A DNA stretch of 64,000 bases from Candidatus Poribacteria bacterium (lineage in GTDB: Bacteria; Poribacteria; WGA-4E; UBA9662), in assembly GCA_046582655.1 (NCBI GenBank), contig JAYGDX010000413.1:1-64000 (forward strand). Reading direction: 5' to 3'. Numbering within the stretch: position 1 is the first letter of the stretch; each line of letters opens with the position of its first letter. The translations under genes and the position numbers were made by a program. The notes under the pieces were generated by a model. That model was given only the letters and a program-made list of their open reading frames with translations. It was not told where the DNA came from and did not search any database. Positions 42,745 to 52,488 of the stretch are shown one piece after another.

Positions 42745-43494
42745 TCATTTTAAATTTTCAATAAACTTTAAGCTCTTTATTTGTCGCTGGGTTTGACACG
42801 CAATTAAGGAGGAAAGAACCATTTTTAATTCTTGGTGATTTTGTTGTGATGCCTGAACACGAGAGACGGATGACATATCTATCTGTTGAAGTGTTTTCAA
42901 TAACTCTATACTCTCTGATGATATTGAGACTGAATGCAAATCCTGACCTCGGCAATTCCAACAAATTAACCCACCTAACCGATCACTAAACCTAGCTGCT
43001 ACATCTACCAAAAGTTCACTACAAACTATACAGTGTGAAAAAATTGGCATATAACCAGCTTTATCAAGCAAGCAAAGTTCAAAGATTCTGGCGAGAAGTG
43101 GAATGTCCTTAGTGCATGGTAACATTTTGAAAGCACGAATTAGCAAGTTAAAAACGTCTTGGTTGGCACCACCCTCAGATTCAATTGCGTCTACAAGTTC
43201 ACTGTAATAACAAGCATAGATCGTTTGATCAAAATCCTGTTTCAATTGATCGAAACAGTCGATGAGATCAAATTCATTAACATTCTGCAAGTCACGGTTA
43301 GGCTTCTCGAAAAAAATCAGCAATCCATGATTCAGCAGTTCAACATTTCCCCTGAATTTGCTTTTCGCACGTTTGGCCCCCTTAGCGACAGCACGGACTT
43401 TCCCAAACTCTCTAGTGTAGAACGTCAAGATCTTCGACGAATCACTCAGAGGATAGGATCGAATTATAATAGCTTCCGTCTTTTGGACTGCCAT
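42745..43494 (-). CDS. recO: DNA repair protein RecO
   Basis: KILTFYTREFGKVRAVAKGAKRAKS, CxxC...CxxC zinc motif, and synteny with glyQS. Confidence 0.95.
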   Translation of the reverse strand: MAVQKTEAIIIRSYPLSDSSKILTFYTREFGKVRAVAKGAKRAKSKFRGNVELLNHGLLIFFEKPNRDLQNVNEFDLIDCFDQLKQDFDQTIYACYYSELVDAIESEGGANQDVFNLLIRAFKMLPCTKDIPLLARIFELCLLDKAGYMPIFSHCIVCSELLVDVAARFSDRLGGLICWNCRGQDLHSVSISSESIELLKTLQQIDMSSVSRVQASQQNHQELKMVLSSLIACQTQRQIKSLKFIENLK

Positions 43495-43519
43495 CTTTAA
43501 GCCGCATTAAGTCTAAACA

Positions 43520-43562
43520 AATAGATAACGCAGCAATCTTCGAAATTGCTGCGTTATCTATT
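43520..43562. terminator. 18 bp perfect inverted repeat between tRNA-Pro and recO
   Basis: aatagataacgcagcaat-cttcgaa-attgctgcgttatctatt; followed by T residues on the minus strand. Confidence 0.75.
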
Positions 43563-43582
43563 ATCCATCCAACTTGAAACAA

Positions 43583-43657
43583 TCGGGGCGAGAAGATTTG
43601 AACTTCCGACCTCATCGTCCCGAACGATGCACGCTAACCAGACTGCGCTACGCCCCG
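43583..43657 (-). tRNA. tRNA-Pro(CGG), CCA not encoded
   Basis: CGGGGCG acceptor stem, D-loop TCTGGTTA, anticodon arm CATCG-TTCGGGA-CGATG, T-loop TTCAAAT. Confidence 0.97.
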
Positions 43658-43682
43658 ACAGGTTTGCAACTACGGAAAATCA

Positions 43683-43711
43683 AGTTTATCATAGGTCAAG
43701 TTTTGTGTCAA
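43683..43711 (-). promoter_or_regulatory. Sigma70-type promoter of tRNA-Pro
   Basis: Minus strand TTGACA-N17-TAAACT, 25 bp upstream of the tRNA. Confidence 0.7.
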
Positions 43712-43871
43712 GATCTCCTCCGTTTTGGACACTCCTAATAAAAAACAGCATTGACATCCACACTACTTTTCAGTTGCTACGTCTAGATCAGCAGTGCTAC
43801 AATCCAGAGTGTCTCAAGACAACAATAAGAACAATTGATTTAATAGTATATTATTGGAGAGACAACATAAA

Positions 43872-45983
43872 ATGATCCATTTCATTTACCAGTATGCCAT
43901 AGGGTCGATTGTATTCGGTACCGGGTTATTCTATGCTTTTAAACAAGGGTATATCGGCATTTCCAGTGGCAAGTTGAAAAACCTCCTAGCTCTATTGGTA
44001 ACCTTCCTATTCTTCTTTATCCTTCACGGCTATCTACAATTTGCACCTATGTCTGAGTTGGATGCTGTACCTTACACTGGGGGTGAAACTAGAAAATCCA
44101 CCTTGGGAACTCCTCTGGATTATGGGATCATGGTCGTTTATTTCATCATAATTCTGGTTGTTGGCACTAGATTCAGCCGCAGACAGAAAACCTTAAAAGA
44201 TTTTTTCTTTGGAGGTCAGCGGTTCTCATGGTGGCTCATTACCTTTAGCTTGGTGGCAACAACTATCGGTTCATACAGCTTTGTCAAATATAGCCGTGTT
44301 GCCTATACCTATGGGTTAGGTAGCAGCCAAACCTATTCCAATGACTGGATGTGGCTGCCATTACTCCTATTTGGGTGGCTCCCCATTATGTATTTCTCCC
44401 GGTTGACTTCTATTCCTGAATACTTTGAGAAACGGTTTGACCGACAGGTGCGCGGTTGGGTCACTGCCTTCATTTTAATTTACCTAATCGGCTATGTCGG
44501 CGTAAACCTATTCACTATGGGAAAGGTGCTAAATATCCTGCTAGGATGGCCGATTATAGCATCAGCAAGTCTGATGGCGGCAATATCTGCGGTCTATGTC
44601 ACGGCCGGAGGACAAACCAGCGTGATTATGACCGATCTCTTCCAAGGCATGATGCTACTTGCAACTGGGATACTTATACTATTTCTGGGCATTAATTATC
44701 TTGGAGGACTGGAACAATTCTGGGGACATCTTCCTCGTGCACACCGCTTAGCTTTTCCTAACTTCAATTCAGATCCGTCCTTTCCAAGTGTCGGTATATT
44801 TTGGCAAGACGGCATGGCCAACACAGCTATGTTCTTTTTTTTAAACCAAGGATTCGCCATGAGGTTCATGTCAGCAAAGTCGCTAATGGACGGCAGGAAA
44901 GCCATATTGGTGGTGGTGCTGGTTCTGATGCCAATCGCGGCAATTGTGGTTGCCTCAGGTGGATGGGTAGCAAAAGCACTAGTTCATGCAGGAATCTTAC
45001 CACCAAATATCAGGGCAGATGAGGCTTTCTTCGTTGCCTCCGAGCTCTTAAGTAAGCCAGGCGTTTTTGGATTAATCCTAGCAACCATGACAGCAGCATT
45101 AATGTCAACGGTAGATACACTTATCACAGCCATTGCAGCCATTGTAGTTAACGATCTATACCAACCGATATTTAACCCTAATGCATCCGAAAAGAAACTT
45201 TTGAAAGTTGCCCGATGGAGCTCAGTATCAGTTACATTGCTAGGTGTACTTTTGGTTCCAGTATTTATGTCTTTCAAAACAGTCTACGAAGCTCATGGTG
45301 CCTTTACGGCTGCTGTTACCCCACCTTTAGTTGTCACTCTCTTGTTTAGTGTCTTTTGGCGTCGTTATACTCGACAAGCAGCCTTGTACACCTTAATCGG
45401 TGGAATGGGAGCAATCGTTCTTTCATTATTTTTACCGGAGATTATTAGCCCTTTTGCCCATGGCGTGCCGATAGGATCATCTGGAAGCAGTATTTTTTCT
45501 GGTATGAGCCAGTATAAATTTATGCGTGCTTTTTATGGCTTGTCTATCAGCACTGGAATTGGACTCATCACCACCTTTTTCACCTCTCCAGAACCATTTG
45601 AGAAGCAAAACGGATACGTTTGGGGAACAATTGAAAAGGCATTGGAACGATATAAAGGATCTGCCGGCCCAGAGAGAGAAAGCCAATTCGATTTTGCTTT
45701 GCCGGCAACCTTGGATGAAGAAATAACCAGAACGGGTGCACATCAACTGCCGTTTGTGTCTATATCCCAATCCTTAGCAGATGGACTCAATGCCAAAATA
45801 TCCGATCTCGTTTACATTACTGACAATCGCTGGTGGTTAGGCGGCTTAAATTCAACTCATGCAATTATTGAACGGGTTGAAACTGGCAATCAAAATTTGA
45901 TTTTTCTCGGTCAGGATATACACACCCAGATAGTTACTAAAAACAGAGAGAAAATCCCACTACGAATCGAAAAGCTGTATTGA
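43872..45983 (+). CDS. Sodium:solute symporter (SSS/SLC5) with N- and C-terminal extensions
   Basis: DFFFGG, SIPEYFEKRF, YVTAGGQTSVIMTDLFQG, AALMST; about 15 hydrophobic segments. Confidence 0.92.
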   Translation: MIHFIYQYAIGSIVFGTGLFYAFKQGYIGISSGKLKNLLALLVTFLFFFILHGYLQFAPMSELDAVPYTGGETRKSTLGTPLDYGIMVVYFIIILVVGTRFSRRQKTLKDFFFGGQRFSWWLITFSLVATTIGSYSFVKYSRVAYTYGLGSSQTYSNDWMWLPLLLFGWLPIMYFSRLTSIPEYFEKRFDRQVRGWVTAFILIYLIGYVGVNLFTMGKVLNILLGWPIIASASLMAAISAVYVTAGGQTSVIMTDLFQGMMLLATGILILFLGINYLGGLEQFWGHLPRAHRLAFPNFNSDPSFPSVGIFWQDGMANTAMFFFLNQGFAMRFMSAKSLMDGRKAILVVVLVLMPIAAIVVASGGWVAKALVHAGILPPNIRADEAFFVASELLSKPGVFGLILATMTAALMSTVDTLITAIAAIVVNDLYQPIFNPNASEKKLLKVARWSSVSVTLLGVLLVPVFMSFKTVYEAHGAFTAAVTPPLVVTLLFSVFWRRYTRQAALYTLIGGMGAIVLSLFLPEIISPFAHGVPIGSSGSSIFSGMSQYKFMRAFYGLSISTGIGLITTFFTSPEPFEKQNGYVWGTIEKALERYKGSAGPERESQFDFALPATLDEEITRTGAHQLPFVSISQSLADGLNAKISDLVYITDNRWWLGGLNSTHAIIERVETGNQNLIFLGQDIHTQIVTKNREKIPLRIEKLY

Positions 45984-46232
45984 TCTGTTTTCAATAACAA
46001 CGCCTGAGAAAAAACAATAAAATGCATAGAAACATTGTAATAATTTCACTTTTGAACATGCTGTCTCTGTTCTGTCTCCAACAGTGACTATATCTTGTAG
46101 ATGCGAAAGCTATTTTATAGCAATCCAAACTATAGCTCAACAGGATTAAAACGGAGAGGGTTATTATGACCACCAGATCGAGGTGAAGTTTAGAATATAG
46201 GAGAATCTAAATAAAACATTGATCAATCAATT

Positions 46233-46390
46233 GGAATTTCCTCGCTAGATGATGGCAAAAGGGACAAGGCTATATCAACATGAAGACACGCATTGTACCT
46301 GAATCCCCAAAATTGGATTATCCGTAAATAGGTCTAGGTGGTGTGAAATCCCAATAAACTTATCAAACAATCTAATTACCAATGGTAAAA
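46233..46390 (+). pseudogene. Relic C-terminus of a TPR/thioredoxin-like protein
   Basis: One frame reads GISSLDDGKRDKAIST*RHALYLNPQNWIIRK*V*VV*NPNK...YQW*. This resembles a recalled 'DP.NWIIRKQIW..E.P' family motif with stops at W and Q positions. Confidence 0.55.
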
Positions 46391-46430
46391 CGGACATTGC
46401 AATCAGGTAACTAGTACTAAGCAGAATATT

Positions 46431-47084
46431 TTAAGTAACGTATTCAGTCGGCATATGATCGATCCGATTGAGAAAAACCAGTCGAGTCATATCCGACGAA
46501 ATTCTAATTAAACTGGTACCACAATTATTCTGACCAAAGCGTGCATAATCTCGACCTGGTGGCATACCAAGAACTGTGCTAATCAGAATCGACCCTGATC
46601 TGCCATGAGTAATAACTGCGACTTTATCCTCTTGGTCATAGTGACTTTCCCGTAGAAAATTAATCACTTTCTCCATATTCCTTCGAATTAAGCGCACACC
46701 TTCTTCCTTTGTATGGGCCTGATGAAACTGCCATCCCTCTTCCGTAACAGTTTCCGGCAAAATGGCGTTGGGGCAGAATTCTAAAATTTCCGATCTTTTT
46801 AGACCATCCATTCTTTTTCCTGGAGCCAAAGTGTATATCCCACCCCCTTCGTGAAGTTCAACTATAATCTGTGGATCAAGGTTAATCTCACTACCGACCT
46901 TCTGTGCTGTCTGGACGGCACGCAGCATAGGGCTACAGTAAAGTTTAACCGGATTTACATCTTTGAGGACCTTTCCTGCTAAGTATGCTTGCTTGCAACC
47001 AAGATCCGTCAATGAGGGGAAATCAACGTGGTTATCTCCTCTATTGTTAGTTGATTGGCCATGACGAATTAAATATAGATCCAT
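46431..47084 (-). CDS. Histidine phosphatase (phosphoglycerate mutase) family
   Basis: LYLIRHGQS, SPMLRAVQTA, VITHG, NCG, LNRIDH. Confidence 0.9.
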   Translation of the reverse strand: MDLYLIRHGQSTNNRGDNHVDFPSLTDLGCKQAYLAGKVLKDVNPVKLYCSPMLRAVQTAQKVGSEINLDPQIIVELHEGGGIYTLAPGKRMDGLKRSEILEFCPNAILPETVTEEGWQFHQAHTKEEGVRLIRRNMEKVINFLRESHYDQEDKVAVITHGRSGSILISTVLGMPPGRDYARFGQNNCGTSLIRISSDMTRLVFLNRIDHMPTEYVT

Positions 47085-47157
47085 ATAAGTTATTCTAATC
47101 TCCAACGAACCAACTGATGCGTAATTCCATTACTAATAGTTAGCAAATTTAAACAGC

Positions 47158-47273
47158 ATGTCATTTTGACATACCATCGCATAAAGCACCACTCCCAAAA
47201 TGACACACTTTTCTAATAACCTAACATAAAATCCTTATCATACCTGATCTTTATAGTTTGGCATTATAATTGC
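47158..47273 (+). promoter_or_regulatory. Sigma54 promoter plus upstream palindromic activator-like sites for hsp20
   Basis: TGGCATTATAATTGC (GG-N10-GC) at 47259-47273; palindrome ATGTCA-TTT-TGACAT at 47158-47172 and a half-match CAAAATGACA near 47196. Confidence 0.7.
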
Positions 47274-47344
47274 GAATCTAAATAGCTAGACAGTAAAAAA
47301 ATAAAACCTAAAATTTAACATACATCGAAGCTAGGAGATTTAAA

Positions 47345-47776
47345 ATGAGTAAACTTACACACTACAAACCCTTTTCAGCCTTTAGTCTATTTGATAATGA
47401 ATTGAATAATTTTTTCAATCAATTATCCAATCACCGTTCAGACACCAAATGGATACCCGCAGTCGATGTCATCGAGGCAGATGACCATTTTGAATTGCGC
47501 GCTGAGATTCCAGGAGTGTCGCAAGAAGACGTTAAGATTGCTATCGAGGATAATGTCTTAACTATCTCGGGAGAAAAAAACGTTGAAACGAAAGACGAAG
47601 ATTATAATTGCCACCGTATCGAGCGAAGCAGCGGCAAATTTGAAAGATCGTTTCAACTGCCCAAGACGGTAGAAACAGATAAGACACAAGCCGATTACAA
47701 GGCAGGTATATTGACGATATCCCTTCCCAAGGTTGAAGAAACTAAACCGAAAGAGATTGAGATCAAAGTCGGATAA
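47345..47776 (+). CDS. Small heat shock protein Hsp20
   Basis: WIPAVDV.E, AEIPGV, LTISGEK, RIERSSGKFERSFQLP, A.YKAGILTISLPK, IEI; AGGAG RBS. Confidence 0.96.
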   Translation: MSKLTHYKPFSAFSLFDNELNNFFNQLSNHRSDTKWIPAVDVIEADDHFELRAEIPGVSQEDVKIAIEDNVLTISGEKNVETKDEDYNCHRIERSSGKFERSFQLPKTVETDKTQADYKAGILTISLPKVEETKPKEIEIKVG

Positions 47777-47796
47777 TCTTAGCAAACCCAAATAGT

Positions 47797-47826
47797 CCCT
47801 GCATCCATGGATGCAGGGCTTTTTTA
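47797..47826 (+). terminator. Rho-independent terminator of hsp20
   Basis: Palindrome ccctgcatccatggatgcaggg followed by a T-tract. Confidence 0.88.
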
Positions 47827-47974
47827 TGGATCCCAGCTATAATTTACCTTCTAAATTAATGTTGCGACGATGCAGAAACACTTTTAAATTCGATATTATA
47901 GAGTATATTTCTCAATCAAGAGGCTTCACTGTTTCACAATGAACCTTTACAAAAGTGATTCTTTCTCAAGTCCC

Positions 47975-49024
47975 TCAACTCTCTTCAGGTATGGAAACCT
48001 CCTCACCTACCTTTGCACTTTGAATGATAGCATCAATAATCAGCATCTCTCGGTATCCATCTTCAAGATCAGCACGACATTCGCTATCATCCAGGACAGA
48101 TCGAGCCCAAGTAGTTAACTCTTCTCGGTATCCCGGCCGGATCACACCATCCTGGTAGGAAATCCCACCGTCCCACTGAATAATTCTGCCATCAGAATAG
48201 CCACCCTGTCCAACTGGTATATCCGGTGTCGAATATGAGAGTTTAGTCCAATTCTGTGTTTCAACCCAAGCAGGACCATCACCTGCCACCAAGCAACGAT
48301 TTTCAAAAATAGGCGAACGAAAACAGATAGTCTGACTGCCAGAGACACCACTGGAAAAACGATAGTTGATAGCAGCGGCATAATGCGGATTTTCCGTGTG
48401 ACTTCGCATGGTACTAACAGCCACGATCTCTCCCATAAAAAAGCGAGCAACATCCAGATGATGAATAATATGATCAAGAAGAAAAAAACGAAACATATCA
48501 TCATCAGAATTACGGTCCAATCCCCAATCCATTCGCATACCAGGTCCCGGACAAAGATAACGAGCCTGATACATAATAGGGAATCCAAACTCAGAACGGC
48601 TCATAATTTCCTTCGCCATCCGGTTAACCGGGCAATGTCGCTGAACTGTTCCCATAAGGACTTTCAGCGATATGCCTCTGGCTGCATCTCGAAACCGTTT
48701 TGCTCCATCCGCAGTCATTGACGGTGGCTTTTCCGTAAAAACATGCAGACCGCGGTTCAGTGCTTCAATCCCGACTTCGGTATGAACAGATGGTGGCGCT
48801 GCGATGACAACTCCATCAAGTACTTCCTCATCGAACATCTTCCGATAATCTGTATAGTGCTGCTTAGCACTAAATTTTTCCGCCGCAGAAGATGCCGCTT
48901 CCTGACGAAGATCACATGTGGCAACTAACTCTATCTCATCAATCAGCATCATGGCTGGCATGAGACAACTGGTTGGGAGTCCACCACATCCAATCATTGC
49001 AACTTGCAGCCGTTCATTACGCAT
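47975..49024 (-). CDS. Gfo/Idh/MocA family oxidoreductase
   Basis: VAMIGCG, HVFTEKP, DHIIHHLD. Confidence 0.9.
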   Translation of the reverse strand: MRNERLQVAMIGCGGLPTSCLMPAMMLIDEIELVATCDLRQEAASSAAEKFSAKQHYTDYRKMFDEEVLDGVVIAAPPSVHTEVGIEALNRGLHVFTEKPPSMTADGAKRFRDAARGISLKVLMGTVQRHCPVNRMAKEIMSRSEFGFPIMYQARYLCPGPGMRMDWGLDRNSDDDMFRFFLLDHIIHHLDVARFFMGEIVAVSTMRSHTENPHYAAAINYRFSSGVSGSQTICFRSPIFENRCLVAGDGPAWVETQNWTKLSYSTPDIPVGQGGYSDGRIIQWDGGISYQDGVIRPGYREELTTWARSVLDDSECRADLEDGYREMLIIDAIIQSAKVGEEVSIPEES

Positions 49025-49107
49025 AATAAATATCCTCCAATCTCAATTACTTAGGGTAATTATCAAGTGTAAATTCGTATCTGAATACCTTGAATCAAGA
49101 GGTTTCC

Positions 49108-49932
49108 CTAACTATATTCATTAACATTCCAACCAGGATACTGTTTTGCTAATGCTTTTAATGTTTGTAGAATATAATAAGGATCACCTGCTGGTGGGAA
49201 TCTGAAAATTTCGCGCTCTTTAGCAGTTAAAGTGCCGATAAACTGGCGAAATACGGGATGATTTCCTTTATCAGTATAGTGTTTGAAACCTTCCCAGTAA
49301 TAATCTGCTCTTCCTAAGCCAAACCCCCAAGTGAATCTTTGCCCCTCAGCCCTGAGATAATCGGTTGCAGAGTGAAGTGTGTAATTGGTAAAAACACACA
49401 AGGTACCACCACGACATACCAACGGTTCACATTTGGACATATCACAACCATGCTCTCTAGCCAGTAAACGTAGAGGAGCTTGATCTCCATCAACGTCTTC
49501 CAAATGAACCCAGAAGACAAGCTGGCCAAATGCACGCAGGTTGTCAGAAGGAGGTAATAGGGAATTATTACCATTATCAATATGTAATCCAGCGGCATCA
49601 CTGCCTATCCCCCCACCCTGAAATCCTGGGTAACGAACAATCATACAACCAGCTCGAAAGTGGATGTGCTCAGTTTCGAACCACCTTCTGGCAAAATTCC
49701 AGGCGTGGCGATCGACGACCCCCTGTAACAGAACCATTTCATCCGGCGGAAATTCTTCAAGAATTGCTCAGCTAGGTGGAGGATTTTCTTTTACTTCCTG
49801 CCACGTAGGTAGAACCCGCCGCTGAGCGGCTTGCATCTCCTTCAGCTTGTTGCCAGTATAATAATCAGGAACAATTACATAACCTTTATCATCCAACTCC
49901 TTTAGGTGAAATCCAGTCAATGCAACTGACAT
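49108..49932 (-). pseudogene. PhyH-family dioxygenase interrupted by an in-frame TGA at codon 55
   Basis: From ATG 49932 (AAGGA RBS): MSVALTGFHLKELDDKGYVIVPDYY...NPPPS*AILEEFPPDEMVL, continuing in frame into the 49108..49737 ORF, which has LHIDN and TLHSAT. Confidence 0.8.
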
Positions 49933-50994
49933 AGATCTATCCTTATTTTATTTCCGATTTCCGGACTGATTTTACCTAACCTTTAACTCAAATGCAACCT
50001 ACATAACCATACATGCCATTGCATTAGGAACTTCAATTCGTATCCTTTAACCGTTAACCAATCTTTACAAATAAGTTTTATCTTATTATCCCCTATTTTC
50101 CATTCTTCCTACTTTCCTTTGATAATTGTGCTCTTGATATCATCCAAAAGTAGAATTTTCAAAGCCCCCCTGATAGAGTTCCTTGCTGTATTGAATCAAA
50201 GCATTATGAGCTGTTTAGATTTACCAGGAAAATCTACATTCAGACAGACTTTAACTGTTTGATTCTATTTGTGTTCCCTTGTACATAATATGTAGCTATC
50301 ATCAACTGAAAGTTTGTAACTTCCAGTTGGAAAACCATTTGTATTGAAATAATTCCGGGCAACTTTTTTTAGGTGCCAAGATCTTTTCCAACGGCATCTT
50401 TCTGTTGATGCTTATTCGCGTTTCGACTTCCTTGATTTCCTATATGAGTTTGACATTAATTATCTGTAGTTACATGCCAATCCAAAAACAGAAACAACAA
50501 GATACAAATTATCAACTAGCTTCCAATAACAGTCACCTAACTCTACTCTTACAATTAAGAGTAATTGACTACCAAAATTAGTCTTCTGTTTTTAACAAAT
50601 AACGCGAATGAGTCAAATTTAACCGTTTGTCATCTTGATACAAAGTGAGAGATCCTTATATCAATCATGTCTTGGAAACTTCTAGATTTCCATCTGATTG
50701 ACACTGCTCAATCGTCTGTGGTATATTGAGTTTGGAAAAAACGTATAATTAATAGTGTTGGTTGAGATTATGAGGCTGGAACAAAGGCCCGATGCAACCC
50801 ACCCGATTCTTTGCCCCTTGCAAAGATCTAACTTTGTGAATATGTAGGGCTTTGCCACACATTTGCTTTATCTTATCGCAGCATTGTTCCGTTGCTAATT
50901 GCTTGGTTACACATTCAAAATCACACCAGAAGCAGTTATTTTTCACTGGAATTTAAAATAAGAAATTAAGATCATTCACCAAGGAGAACAAATA

Positions 50995-51705
50995 ATGAGT
51001 GTTGGATACAATGACACACCGATGCTTCCTGATTCTGAGTGGCATGTCCATGATGGGCAGAGGCCACAGCCTACAATTGTCACACCCAGTACAACTGATA
51101 CACCTGAAGAAGCACCATCTGATGCAATAGTTCTTTTTGATGGATCAGATACATCTAAATGGGCGGGCCGAGATGGTGAAATACAGTGGAAAGTAAAAGA
51201 TGGATATATGGAAGTAACACGCACTGGCGATATAAAAACCAAAGATAGCTTTGGCAACTGCCAACTTCATGTAGAATGGGCGGCACCGAGTGAAGTTAAG
51301 GGCGAAAGTCAGGGACGTGGAAATAGCGGTGTATTTCTGATGGATAGGTACGAAATTCAGGTGCTTGATGGCTATAATAACATTACTTATGCTGATGGCA
51401 TAACTGCGGCTATTTATGGACAATATCCACCGCTGGTAAACGCGTGCCGAAAGCCTGGCGAATGGCAAGCATACGATATCATCTTTATAGGCCCCCGTTT
51501 CGATGGAGACGAATTAATCCAGCCAGCTTATGCAACCATTATGCACAACGGGGTTCTCGTCCACCATCATCAGGCTATCTTAGGACCTACCGGACATAGA
51601 AGTTTGTCATCATACAGCCAGCCACATCCGCCGGAAGCACCGCTGCGATTGCAAGATCATGGTGATCTCGTCCGATACCGCAATATCTGGATTCGACTAA
51701 TCTAA
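50995..51705 (+). CDS. DUF1080 family (3-keto-disaccharide hydrolase-like), no signal peptide
   Basis: APSDAIVLFDG, QLHVEW, GNSGVFL...YEIQVLD, GEWQAYDI, LQDHGD.VRYRNIWIR. Confidence 0.92.
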   Translation: MSVGYNDTPMLPDSEWHVHDGQRPQPTIVTPSTTDTPEEAPSDAIVLFDGSDTSKWAGRDGEIQWKVKDGYMEVTRTGDIKTKDSFGNCQLHVEWAAPSEVKGESQGRGNSGVFLMDRYEIQVLDGYNNITYADGITAAIYGQYPPLVNACRKPGEWQAYDIIFIGPRFDGDELIQPAYATIMHNGVLVHHHQAILGPTGHRSLSSYSQPHPPEAPLRLQDHGDLVRYRNIWIRLI

Positions 51706-52488
51706 GAGCCACAATCAGTCATAGCCGCGAAGAATCTTGGAAGTGTTTAGTAGATCCTGTTCTTGCGCCTATCGAAAAAACCCACTATGACCGTCAGATT
51801 TGCGGGTAATCTACAGAAAACGATCAATGGATTAAGGGCGTCACAAAACGAAAACTTGAACAGATTTTATACTTGCCCGACAGCAACACTGACAGATATC
51901 CTTCTGCCCAATTCAACTTAATATTCGCTCCTCAAATTCCCCAAAATAATGCAACGCTCCAAGGCAGGGAAAACAGGAAATGATCCTACAACGATTGCTG
52001 CATTTCGTCCGAATCTTGGGCAACGTTGAAAATCAATCCTAACAACGTTTATTTCGCTAGTGGCTAACCACCAGATGGGTCGAACCCAACCCTAATTGGA
52101 TCATCCACATGGGATTTCCTTCCTTACCTAGCATAATTTTAGGTGATGTAACATCATACGTAGCGACAACAAATTGACACTCACCTAACTTTGCTACACT
52201 AAACGCTAACTTTCCCTGTGTTAGCACCTCAAAATACGGTTTGCTGCTACCATGCCACATAGATAAATTGTTATTCTATTCGTAACTCCCCTTTTAGGAA
52301 TGAAGGTTGTACGGGAAGATTTCGAAATCCAAACACTTTTTTGACTTTCTCTTCTGCCCTAATATGCAGGGATTCAACTGGTTCCCTCAGGAGCATGTTG
52401 AGTACAACCTTGGTCGCCCTGATCTAGATGGAGTGAAATTGATCTTGAATGCCTCATAATTATCCATCGTTCTGATGTTGAAAATAAC

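Noticed and set aside
43583..43657. tRNA as integration site of a genomic island
   Set aside because: No integrase and no duplicated tRNA 3' end was seen; recO follows directly.
43546..43875. 109 aa ORF
   Set aside because: It overlaps the tRNA-Pro, its hairpin and its promoter in antisense.
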